DNA from: a virus
Taxonomy: Duplodnaviria > Caudoviricetes
DNA: 42,164 bases
IMG/VR virus record: IMGVR_UViG_3300037488_000245
Location: 1-42,164 of that record
Strand: one strand, 5' to 3'
Positions 9,038-18,800 of this stretch are shown in pieces (positions within the stretch are counted from its first letter, which is position 1; every line of letters begins with the position of its first letter). The notes under the pieces are model-generated. The model was not told where the DNA came from and did no database searches. It saw only the letters and a program-made list of their open reading frames with translations. A program made the translations under genes and the position numbers.

Positions 9038-9697
9038 ATGGGATACTTAACAAAACTAGACGCAGTAAATCAAATGCTGCTTGCATCTGGAGAATCGCTT
9101 GTTGCGGATCTACAAGAAGCAAGTGGAATTGACACAGGTATTGCAGAGTTTCTTTTAGATCAAGCCTCACTAGAATATCAACTACGTGGGCTAGCTAACA
9201 ATAAGATTATTAAGACAGTTCAACCAGATACAAATGGATATATTCTATTGGGTTATCCGAATGCAGACTTTGGTGGTGTGCTAGACGTTAAACTTCTATC
9301 ACAGCATAGTACAGAAGATGGTATTGTGATCATTGCAAGAGTCCAAGAAGGCAACCCACCAAAGCTTTGGAATATGACTCAAGACACAGACGTATGGGAG
9401 CAAGCTGATTACACAATTGAACAAATCAACTTCCTTACCTACGATCAATTAGACACCAACACACAAAGAACTATTCTTTCTGCGGCAACGCGAAAGTATC
9501 AGATCTATACACAAGCAGATCCAGCTGTTGATAACTACTTGGCTCAAAGAGAAATGATTGATCGAATGCGTTCACGTGCAAACGATATCTCAGCCAAGCA
9601 AAGAACAATCTGGGCTAACGATGTATCGTATGCTGCTGGAAAGCGACCACCATACTTCGGCACAGACCCAGCAGCAATTAGACGAGGACTAGTATGA
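9038..9697 (+). CDS. Tail tubular protein A (adaptor), T7 gp11-like
   Basis: True start is probably ATG 9038 (AAAGGT SD). TKLDAVNQMLLASGE matches the gp11 N-terminal motif. The 8960 start in the ORF track reads through the terminator. Confidence 0.9.
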   Translation: MGYLTKLDAVNQMLLASGESLVADLQEASGIDTGIAEFLLDQASLEYQLRGLANNKIIKTVQPDTNGYILLGYPNADFGGVLDVKLLSQHSTEDGIVIIARVQEGNPPKLWNMTQDTDVWEQADYTIEQINFLTYDQLDTNTQRTILSAATRKYQIYTQADPAVDNYLAQREMIDRMRSRANDISAKQRTIWANDVSYAAGKRPPYFGTDPAAIRRGLV

Positions 9698-12345
9698 AGA
9701 TAACAATTCCTGTTTACTCATTAAGCGGGGGTGTAAGCCGACAGCCAGACTCAAAGCGTACTCCCTTCGAGGCGCAGGAGATTGATAACTGCTTTGTTAC
9801 CTTAGAGAACTCAATTGAAAAGCGAGCTGGATTCAAGGTTTTAGATAACCCCACTGGAAACTATGATCTATCGTTTTTACCTCTAACTGTAGATCCTTCA
9901 TTTATTTGGTATACAGTAGACGCTGACAATCGGTATTTACTTATTATTGATAGAGCGGCACAGGGTGCAACAGCTAAAATTCTATATGTTGTACAGCTAA
10001 CAAACGATAGTTGGATTAACAAGACACCAGACTATCAGTGGGACGCAGACGATCCAACATTAACATGGGATGGTCTTACTGCAATTGTTGACGGAGACGT
10101 TCGATACCCAATCTATCAAATCTCACAAGCAGAGGCTGGCTTAGATACCCCACTTGTAAAGTACAACAACATTAAGTCTAGAGGAATAATCTCTAGGTAT
10201 TCCCGCGCGTATTTAACCTACGCTAATGGAAACGCTAGAGAGATTCTTAAGTCCCTTCAGGTTGGTACGTCAATTTTAATGTTAAACACAAAGGTCTACG
10301 CTGGTTTTACTTCAGGTAAAAACGGTAAAACAGTAAACCTTGATGGTATTGAAACATCCGAAGATGACATTAATGGTAGAGCAATTACCTATTGGTCATC
10401 TGTACGTGTGAAGAAAACAACAAGTGGACGTTTATATCCAGAAGGTACTATTCTAAACGATGGTGAAGCGTGGGATACAAACTTTGCCGCTAAGCAAATT
10501 CCTGTAGAAGATTATATTTACGGTGACTTTGATAAGCCGTGGCTTGGTCAATCAGTAGCAAACTTCTCAGAGATTCGCTTTCCACCAGATAAGAATGACT
10601 GGAAAGCTATCAACAAAAATCTAGATACAATTCCTGTAGACGATAAAGCCAAGATCATGTTAGATTCACTATATGATCCAAAGGCACCACTAGGATCGTC
10701 GCAGGATGGAGACGGTAAGATTTATTACTCCGCTTCTCCATATCTATCTGTAGATGCTGGTTACTACCGTATAGTGTCTTTCCCGGAAACAGAAGCATAC
10801 AGTGGATCTATTCCGGGAGCTGGTAAACCATACACTCAACGGGTTAGAACTCCCGATTACGCGAGTATACTAGATAAGAGAAGACTACCACAACGAATCT
10901 TATTTAACAATGGTCAATTCTCTATTACGCCTGTTGAGTGGACTCCTAGAACTATTGGGGATCGGGATACAAATCCTGGGCCATCTCCATTCTTAGACTC
11001 TAATCGAGAAGTTAGACACATCCAATTAACTGCAATGGCAAATTTTAGAGATAGACTTTTCCTTGCGGCTGGTGATGTAATTTTCTCATCTCAACTTGGT
11101 GTTCTAGAAGACCTCTGGATTAAAGATCCCTCTAATGTAACCACCGCAGACCCTATTGATATACGTGCAGCAAGTAACTCATATGCTGAGATTACAGCCA
11201 TGATACCATTCAATGCGTATCTCTTTATCAATACAAAGTCTAATGTTCAATTTGAACTAAAGGGTGATAGCAATCTAATTTCTCCACTCACTGCAGAGGT
11301 ATCAGCAACCACATTCTACTCAACGGCTGAGTTAGTTGATCCTGTTAATCTAGGAAGCAACATCTACTTCTGGGATAAGCAAAGATTATATATCTATCTT
11401 AACCAAGATAGTAGAGAGTTTAACACAGCCTTTGATTTATCCTTAGGTGTTCAAGGCTATCTACCAAATAACTTCCAGTCTATTGCTGTGGCTACAGCGA
11501 ACAATCAGTTACTAGCTGTAGACGAAGACAATAAGAATCATATTTATGTTTATGGTTCTCGCTTCATGGGTAATGAGATTAAACAATCAGCATTCTGGAG
11601 ATATATTCTCTCGGATGTTGAAAACATTCTAAGTATTAATACATACAAGACACTTGTATACGCGATAACAAAGCGTATTACAAGTCAAGCCACGGCTTGG
11701 TATCTTCTTGTTCACGACCTTGAAGATAGAGACAATCCAAAGCTAGATAACTTCTCTGATGTTGTGCTAACCACATCAAACTGTAGTGCTGTTGGTATGA
11801 CATCTACCTTAGAAGTTCCTTATCTCTTAGACACAACTAAAGATATTTATGTTGTTCTTGAAGAAGACTGGGAAGGATTGTCTGGTTCTATTTTCAAAGC
11901 TTCATCTAGTGAGGTCTTTGGTTCTAGTACCCTACTAACGATAGCTGGTATTGCTCTTCCTAATCATCTAGGTAAAACTCTGTTTGTTGGTTCTTCATTC
12001 ACAATGAATGTCGAGCTATCAAAACAATACTATAGACAGGGTGATGGTAACATTGTTGAAGGTGTTTCTAATCTAAAAACATTACACATTAGACACAATG
12101 ATACGGGAACCTATAAGGTTGAAGTAACCAGACGCGGTAGACCACAACCACTCATCAGTGAGTTTTCTGCCACCAACTTAGAAACAACAGAATATAGAGA
12201 AGGTAACGGAACATTCGTAGCAAAGGTATTTGGTTTCTCGGATGAAACAACAATCAAACTATTGTCTGATGGCGTGTCTCCTTGTAACATTACTCAACTA
12301 GAGTTTCGTGGCACCTTTAATAAGAAATCAAAATCACTGAGATAA
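9694..12345 (+). CDS. Tail tubular protein B (nozzle), T7 gp12-like
   Basis: SLSGGVSRQPD, IEKRAG, WTPRTIGDRDTNPGPS, FRDRLF, DPID, QSAFWRY; 883 aa; ATGA coupling. Confidence 0.93.
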   Translation: MKITIPVYSLSGGVSRQPDSKRTPFEAQEIDNCFVTLENSIEKRAGFKVLDNPTGNYDLSFLPLTVDPSFIWYTVDADNRYLLIIDRAAQGATAKILYVVQLTNDSWINKTPDYQWDADDPTLTWDGLTAIVDGDVRYPIYQISQAEAGLDTPLVKYNNIKSRGIISRYSRAYLTYANGNAREILKSLQVGTSILMLNTKVYAGFTSGKNGKTVNLDGIETSEDDINGRAITYWSSVRVKKTTSGRLYPEGTILNDGEAWDTNFAAKQIPVEDYIYGDFDKPWLGQSVANFSEIRFPPDKNDWKAINKNLDTIPVDDKAKIMLDSLYDPKAPLGSSQDGDGKIYYSASPYLSVDAGYYRIVSFPETEAYSGSIPGAGKPYTQRVRTPDYASILDKRRLPQRILFNNGQFSITPVEWTPRTIGDRDTNPGPSPFLDSNREVRHIQLTAMANFRDRLFLAAGDVIFSSQLGVLEDLWIKDPSNVTTADPIDIRAASNSYAEITAMIPFNAYLFINTKSNVQFELKGDSNLISPLTAEVSATTFYSTAELVDPVNLGSNIYFWDKQRLYIYLNQDSREFNTAFDLSLGVQGYLPNNFQSIAVATANNQLLAVDEDNKNHIYVYGSRFMGNEIKQSAFWRYILSDVENILSINTYKTLVYAITKRITSQATAWYLLVHDLEDRDNPKLDNFSDVVLTTSNCSAVGMTSTLEVPYLLDTTKDIYVVLEEDWEGLSGSIFKASSSEVFGSSTLLTIAGIALPNHLGKTLFVGSSFTMNVELSKQYYRQGDGNIVEGVSNLKTLHIRHNDTGTYKVEVTRRGRPQPLISEFSATNLETTEYREGNGTFVAKVFGFSDETTIKLLSDGVSPCNITQLEFRGTFNKKSKSLR

Positions 12346-12348
12346 TAC

Positions 12349-13254
12349 ATGCCAACAAATCAAACACAAGTAACAACAAGCATACAGACAACGTATGCTA
12401 TTCCTATATCATTCGCTAGTTTAACACTAGCTGAAGGCATTGGAGTAAAAGAACAGCTTTTGGTTTTCAGACCAACAATCGACACGATCTATGGTTCAAC
12501 CCTCACGATTAATGACTATCGTGGCTTGGGTCAGATCGCCAGTAGCTGGATTACAATCAACGAAACAACCAAGCAGATTACATCCATTGATATTCCACCA
12601 GCAGCTACTTATACACTAAGCTCTGGTTCTACGATTGCCTACCCAGCCCTAGTAGCTGGAGAGCCTGTAGTAGTTCAACGTGTTCTAATCTCATCAGAAC
12701 CATATGTTGATTGGATTACGGGATCAAGAATCACAGCCGATCAACTTAATCTTAATACAGCTCAACTATTAGCTATCTCCCAAGAACTAAAGAATGAGAT
12801 GTCTTCAAAGATTGGTCGTTCTGATTTTGATGCTATAGTTAATCCTCTAACTGAAGACTTAAACTGCAACAACAAGAAACTAACAAGTCTTGCTACACCA
12901 ACAGCAAGTACAGACGCAGTAACCAAGGCATACGTAGATGCGGCGATCAGTACGGCTGTAACAGCTAAGCTTGGTCAACCAAACGGTATTGCCACATTGG
13001 ATGGAAGCGGTATATTAACAACATCACAAAGAGCTTCTTCTACTTCGGTATTACCCGGATCGTTCTTTTCACAGCCAGTCGCACCTGTACGAACTACTAC
13101 TGGCGACGGTCTTTATGCCCATGGCTCTCTATGGTTCAACACAACAACAGGTAGACTGTTTGTATATGCACCAGACGATAGATACACGGGTCTATTAAAC
13201 ACACACAACGGAGACATTGGCTACTGGGTCGATGTTTCCGCTCCAGCTCAGTGA
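12349..13254 (+). CDS. Short tail fibre/adaptor with a T7 gp17-like N-terminal anchor domain
   Basis: VVVQRV...YVDWITGSRITADQLNLNTAQLLAISQE is the gp17 N-terminal signature. It is followed by the fibre modules LATPTASTDAVTKAYVD and GSLWFNTTTGRLFVY. Confidence 0.8.
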   Translation: MPTNQTQVTTSIQTTYAIPISFASLTLAEGIGVKEQLLVFRPTIDTIYGSTLTINDYRGLGQIASSWITINETTKQITSIDIPPAATYTLSSGSTIAYPALVAGEPVVVQRVLISSEPYVDWITGSRITADQLNLNTAQLLAISQELKNEMSSKIGRSDFDAIVNPLTEDLNCNNKKLTSLATPTASTDAVTKAYVDAAISTAVTAKLGQPNGIATLDGSGILTTSQRASSTSVLPGSFFSQPVAPVRTTTGDGLYAHGSLWFNTTTGRLFVYAPDDRYTGLLNTHNGDIGYWVDVSAPAQ

Positions 13255-13261
13255 GGCAATC

Positions 13262-14710
13262 TTGGCTATTAATTTTCCAAACTCCCCCGCTGATGGGGCA
13301 ACGTATACAGAAGGTACGGTTCAGTGGCGGTACTCAAGCGCAAACAACGCTTGGACAATGATCACCACCGGATCTGTTGGTATTGATAACGGTACCAACC
13401 ACGATCAAGAAGTTCTATTCTTAGATCGAAACGTCAGCAATCAGAATATCCCAACCGCTGGTGTTGGTTTTACGTATAATCCAACAACTAGAAAGGTAGT
13501 TGTTAAGGGTGCTGTCTCACAAACAAACAACTTTATCGAATTAACCGATAGCACCGATACAATTTTAAACGCCTTTAACGAAAGAGGAATTCTATCTAAA
13601 GCGGGTAGAATTTATTACCAGAGTGGAACACCTTCAGTTGCGTCTGCGGATACAGGACAACTGTGGTATAACTCAGGGATTAACACCCTCAACATTTGGA
13701 ATGGTACTTCTTGGGTATCAGCTGGTGGTGGTGTAGATATTGGTTCGGCTCAACTAATCACAGGAGCTAAATCATTCTCATCATCTACCGGACTTACACT
13801 TGGATCTAACTGTGCACTTGTAGGCGAAACAAATCTCGTCTTTAAGCCAACAGGCGTAACCAAATTAACATTGTCTAGTACCGAAGCTACTTTTGCTGTT
13901 CCGGTTAATTTCTCTGCTGTTGGTTCAGACGTTAAGGATGCCGTTGTAACTAAAGCAGACTCCATGACTGTTGATGGTGTTAAGACCTTCTCCGGTACTA
14001 TCAATGCCGCTAGTGGTATTCTAATGAATTCTGGCAGCGGCACCAGTAGAATCTTCAGCTCAGCAGCAACAACGGCTGGAGCTGTAACAAATAAGATTAT
14101 TATACAACCATCTCAAAGCTCAACTGGACGATATATTGAGTTGTATTCCAACAGTAACACGTTAGATACGCAAGGTATTACTATTAGAGCTAAGAATGAA
14201 AACAATCAAGGTAATCTTAATATTGTAGGTAACACCAAGATTACAGGAAATCTTGAGATTACTGGAACCATCTCGGTAGCAACAAACGCCGTAACGTTTG
14301 GAGCAACGTCGATTGGTAGTTTTAAATCGCAGAGTGGAACTGGAACAGGTAATCTTAATACCGCTCCCCCTCCGATTGGTCCGCTAACCTTTAGTCAGAC
14401 TTTAGATACATCAACGTGGTTGCCTACCACAACCGTAACGAACAACTCATCATCAACTGTTGCCTTTTATTATAAGAGAGAACAAGTTAAAAATACTGGT
14501 AACTTTACTTATGGTATAACAAAGTTTACCTTAAATGGCAATTCGTCCCTAACAGTTCCAATTACTGGAATTGCGGATATGGGTTCTTCAGCAAGCAGTC
14601 CGGCAAGTGCATATACAAAGACAGCTATTGTATCACACACTGTAGCCACACTTCTTGCTAGCGAAACAGACGCACCAATTGTAACGAGCTTTATCCTATG
14701 TCCAGTTTAA
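13262..14710 (+). CDS. Tail fibre / receptor-binding protein
   Basis: Probable TTG start at 13262 after GAGG, giving MAINFPNSP. Contains GQLWYNS, two Q/M-x-I/V-x-G-x-K-T/S-F fibre repeats and GNLNIVGNTKITGNLEITG. Very S/T/G/N-rich. Confidence 0.75.
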   Translation: MAINFPNSPADGATYTEGTVQWRYSSANNAWTMITTGSVGIDNGTNHDQEVLFLDRNVSNQNIPTAGVGFTYNPTTRKVVVKGAVSQTNNFIELTDSTDTILNAFNERGILSKAGRIYYQSGTPSVASADTGQLWYNSGINTLNIWNGTSWVSAGGGVDIGSAQLITGAKSFSSSTGLTLGSNCALVGETNLVFKPTGVTKLTLSSTEATFAVPVNFSAVGSDVKDAVVTKADSMTVDGVKTFSGTINAASGILMNSGSGTSRIFSSAATTAGAVTNKIIIQPSQSSTGRYIELYSNSNTLDTQGITIRAKNENNQGNLNIVGNTKITGNLEITGTISVATNAVTFGATSIGSFKSQSGTGTGNLNTAPPPIGPLTFSQTLDTSTWLPTTTVTNNSSSTVAFYYKREQVKNTGNFTYGITKFTLNGNSSLTVPITGIADMGSSASSPASAYTKTAIVSHTVATLLASETDAPIVTSFILCPV

Positions 14711-14979
14711 CAGTAGAGCATTTATTAACTGTTATCACGGCAGTCGTTATTCCAATTGCTGTTTCTACCTATTGGATTGCATCTAGATTATCTGCTTTAG
14801 AATCTGCTCTAAAGGTTCAAAAAGAAATTACAGACCTAGAACAAAGACAAGTTCTCTATCGTGTTGATAAGTTAGAAAAGCACGTGCACGATATTAGAAA
14901 TGTATTGCAAACTTTAACATTCAAATTACTGAGAGGAGATAAACTTGATGATGATTTTAAGACTCCTACTGGTTTGTAG
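14698..14979 (+). CDS. Holin-like small membrane protein
   Basis: One N-terminal transmembrane (TM) segment (LLTVITAVVIPIAVSTYWIA) followed by a coiled coil. Adjacent to a spanin-like gene. Confidence 0.5.
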   Translation: MSSLTVEHLLTVITAVVIPIAVSTYWIASRLSALESALKVQKEITDLEQRQVLYRVDKLEKHVHDIRNVLQTLTFKLLRGDKLDDDFKTPTGL

Positions 14980-15568
14980 TTTTTTATTTGGGTGTTCATC
15001 CGTTAAGAAGATTCAGGCTGGTTCAAACACAATTAATACTTCCTCAACCGTAACAACCAAGGCTTTAGAAGAAATTAAAGAAGCCGCGATTGTTTCTGAA
15101 CAGAGCTTAGAGGTGGTCTATGAAGCTGTCCAAGAAATCCCAGAAGTCACAGAAGAAGTCAAGCAACACATCACCGTCGCAGCAGAAGCCCAGCAAACGA
15201 TCATCGAAAGATCCGATCAAGGGCTTTTGGAACAGACCAAGATCACTTCGACAGTTAAAGAAATCATCGAGGCAACCGCGTCGGTAAAAGACGCTGAGCC
15301 TTGGTGGTCCGATTTACTTCAGTACTTAGCAGCAGCTGCAATAGCTATTGCGGTTGTTCTTGTTCTGTGGCAAACTGGCTTGGGCTTATTAGTTAGGCGT
15401 ATTATTGGTTTTATCCCATCTGCCAAACAAGAAGAAGCTAAGATACTTGATGAAGCTATGTCTACCGAATCTTCGACCACCATCCGGGAAGCTGTAGCAA
15501 TGCTTCGGGCTAAAGACCCGGAGTTAAACGCTGCATTTAAACGGAGAAAGAAACGTGCCAAACTATAA
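14945..15568 (+). CDS. Lipoprotein with an internal TM helix, putative unimolecular spanin
   Basis: GGAG SD (start may be 14945, 14948 or 14951). Signal peptide with lipobox LFGC (Cys codon 14993), ~105-aa helical segment, TM LLQYLAAAAIAIAVVLVLW, basic C-terminal tail. Confidence 0.6.
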   Translation: MMMILRLLLVCSFLFGCSSVKKIQAGSNTINTSSTVTTKALEEIKEAAIVSEQSLEVVYEAVQEIPEVTEEVKQHITVAAEAQQTIIERSDQGLLEQTKITSTVKEIIEATASVKDAEPWWSDLLQYLAAAAIAIAVVLVLWQTGLGLLVRRIIGFIPSAKQEEAKILDEAMSTESSTTIREAVAMLRAKDPELNAAFKRRKKRAKL

Positions 15569-15839
15569 ACGAAGTGGTATACAACCACCAGATATAGACC
15601 TTCGCGGTAGAATCTCACGAATCTATACAAATAGCGATGGGGATATTGTATTTGAGTTTGCCACGGGTGGTAGAACTGTTATTCGTGGTACTGGAACAAC
15701 ACCAACCTCGAATATTCTTGATGGTGGAAATGCCACCGCTACTAATACAAACGATATAGATGGTGGAAACGCCACCGCAATCAACGTTAACGATTACAAC
15801 GGTGGAGATTCTAACTATAACGTCATATTCCCACCTTAA
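15555..15839 (+). CDS. Small protein with DGGNA repeats, probably fibre-associated
   Basis: GTG start after GGAG. ILDGGNATA / IDGGNATA / YNGGDS repeats. Directly upstream of the giant fibre. Confidence 0.65.
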   Translation: MPNYKRSGIQPPDIDLRGRISRIYTNSDGDIVFEFATGGRTVIRGTGTTPTSNILDGGNATATNTNDIDGGNATAINVNDYNGGDSNYNVIFPP

Positions 15840-15848
15840 GGATAATGC

Positions 15849-18800
15849 ATGGCTAATGATTTAATTAGAATTCGAAGAGATATATATACAAACTGGACGG
15901 CAGCTAATCCCGTATTGGCTTTAGGTGAAATATCCTACGACCTCACTAATGACGAAATACGAGTTGGTGATGGTACCACAGCTTGGCTATCATTACCAGC
16001 TGTAGGTTCAGCAAACCTTTCAGATGGTAGTAAGGGAGATATTGTTGTATCTTCTGGTGGAACTGTTTGGAGTTTATCCTCGGCTTTAGTCGCAGAAATT
16101 GCAGCTAAGTTAGAGGCTAGCGATCTAAACCTTGGTACATCTACAACCCCAGCAACAACACCACTACAAATTAGACGAGGCAATACGCTAAGTTGGACAG
16201 GTGTTGTTCTTCAGGCTGGTGAAATTGGTTTCGACAGCCAATTAAACGAAATTAGAATTGGTGATGGCATAACCGATTGGGATAACTTAGATCCAGTTGG
16301 TTTAAATAAACTACAGAATCTTTCCCTTGAACAGATTGGTGACGTAGTTATTGCTAACCTAACCCCGGGCGATGTTCTTATACACGATGGAACTAATTGG
16401 ATTAATCAGCAAATTCAATTTCCAGCAACAGATCTAGATGACCTTACATCTGTTACTTTAGGTTCTCCAACCTTGGGTCAGGTTTTAACTTTTAATGGAA
16501 CAGTATGGATAAACTCAACCCCATCCGTTCTATCAGCTGGTGTAAAGAACGATATCAACGTTGTCTCAGATACTAATTGGCAAATTGTTGATGACTCAGT
16601 TACGCAAGCTAAGTTAAACTTGGATCTTCCCGTAAATCCATGGGATGCTGCTACAAAAGATTATACTGATACAACAGTTGGTCTTGGTGTAATGAGTATT
16701 GAAGATCAGTTTGGACAACCAAACGGTCCAGCTCTCTTAGATTCCACACGAAAGATTGGTACAGGGTTTCTCGCAACAGGAACAGCATCATCTACAACCT
16801 TCTTACGGGGTGATAGAACTTGGGCTACTGTTGACTCTGGTATACCCGTAGGCGTAAAGAATGATATTACAGTTGTTGCTGCAGATGATTGGCAAATTAC
16901 AGCCAACAGTATTGAAACAACAATGCTTAAAGCAAGTAGCGTCAACGCAGCAAAGATCGGTGGAACTGGCATTTCAGCCTTTGGTAAACTGCTTTTAAAT
17001 ATAGCAGCTCCGGGTGATCAGCAAGTTCCACTATACGATGAGAACGAAGGTGCTTGGGTACCAACATCTATTAATGATCTTATTGGTCCCGTTGCTCTTG
17101 ATACTGTAGTTGGTATTAAAGATGTAAGTGGAGGTTTACTTGGTATATCTAATCAAGGTTTAGTAGATCCATCGTTTTTAAGTTCTGGATATGAATCTAT
17201 TTCTAGACAGGTTCTTGGAAATACATCATGGATTCCAGAAGATCTTTATAAGAATCCAACTACAGACACGGTAGCCTATACAGATGGACGATCACTTGGT
17301 ACGTGGTCCCTATCGTCACTAACTAGCGGTAGTGTTATATTTGATAACACCGCAATTATTTCTGCATTAGCTGAAACAGCTAATTCAAATGCCGCCATTA
17401 AACTACCCACCACGATAACAGCAAACGATAAGTCTTTAGAGTTTACAGCTAGAGTTAGAGTTCGTGGAGCTTCTATGACACCAAATACAAATTATGTAGT
17501 TGGTTTATATGAGATGTCTACTGGAGTAGAACGGTATGCTGCAGTTGTCGCTAGGGATAATGTATCTACGTGGACAACGGTTGCTAAGCCAGATAGTGGA
17601 ACTTCTGGAACCTCAACCTCTACAGCTATATCGTGTCTTGCATGGACTGATGTAAAGATTACGATTAAAAATAATGAGATTAAAATGTATATCAATGGTA
17701 CATTAGTCTCAACTACGGCAACTACAGCCTTTGTTGGTCTTCCTCTTAGTTTAGGATGTGCTGTATTCTGTGAGGCAGCTACTGCGCCACAGGCAGAACT
17801 TGAAGTTGAATACATGCGGGTATCAAATACAGATGGTCAATTGATTCATCCTCGCATGATTGAACAAGCTGGGGCTACAACAGGACAGGTTCTATCTTGG
17901 TCTGGATCTACTTGGCAACCAGCAGCGGGTGGGGTAGGTGGAGCAACAAACCTTGATGGCTTGTCAGACGTTGTTATTACAGACCCAGCACAAGGTAATT
18001 TCTTGTGGTATGACACTGGCGCATGGAAGAATAGTTACTTTACACTAGATAAAGCACTTGATGTAGCTACTTTAACACCCGGTAATGAACAGGCTCTTAT
18101 TTATGATTCCGGTGATTCTCAGTGGAAAAATCGAACTGTACTTTCTCTAGATAGACTTACCTTTAATACAGCACCACCATCACAGTCTGCATTAGTTGGT
18201 AATATATATTATGATCAGGGAACTTCCTCACTAGTAACCCCACTCAGTGGAAATGTTTTAGCAGAGCTTGGTAAAACAAGCCATACCAGAGTATTAAACA
18301 AAACTGGAAATGATATTCTAAAGGGAAGAGTAGTTAGGGTAACGGGCAGTCAGGGACAAAAAATAACCGTAGCTCTAGCAAATGCATCCTCTGAAACAAC
18401 CGCAGCAACAACTATCGGTATCTCTGCGGAGCTTATTGCTGATGATGCAGAAGCGTTTATAATCACTGAAGGATTATTGCGTGGTATTAACACTAACCTA
18501 CTTGTTAAGGGTACAACCCCAGAGGAAGGCGATCCTCTATGGTTAAACACGGTTAACGGAGAAATGACCGTTGATAGACCTGTTGCTCCCAATCATGGCG
18601 TATTCTTAGGTTGGTTAATTAGACTTGGTAATGGCTCTTCTGGAGAAATCTTTGTAAGGGTTATTAACGGTTCCGAACTAAATGAACTCCACGATGTTCT
18701 TATTACAACCCCTATCACTGGTAACGTATTAAGATACACTGGTACTGTTTGGGCTAACGCTGCGCTTGCTATTGCTGACGTTACTAGTCTTCAGGGAGCT

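Noticed and set aside
13217-13261. Frameshift fusion of the 301-aa adaptor and the following fibre
   Set aside because: The second gene has its own GAGG plus TTG start giving MAINFPNSP, and no slippery heptamer is visible at the junction.
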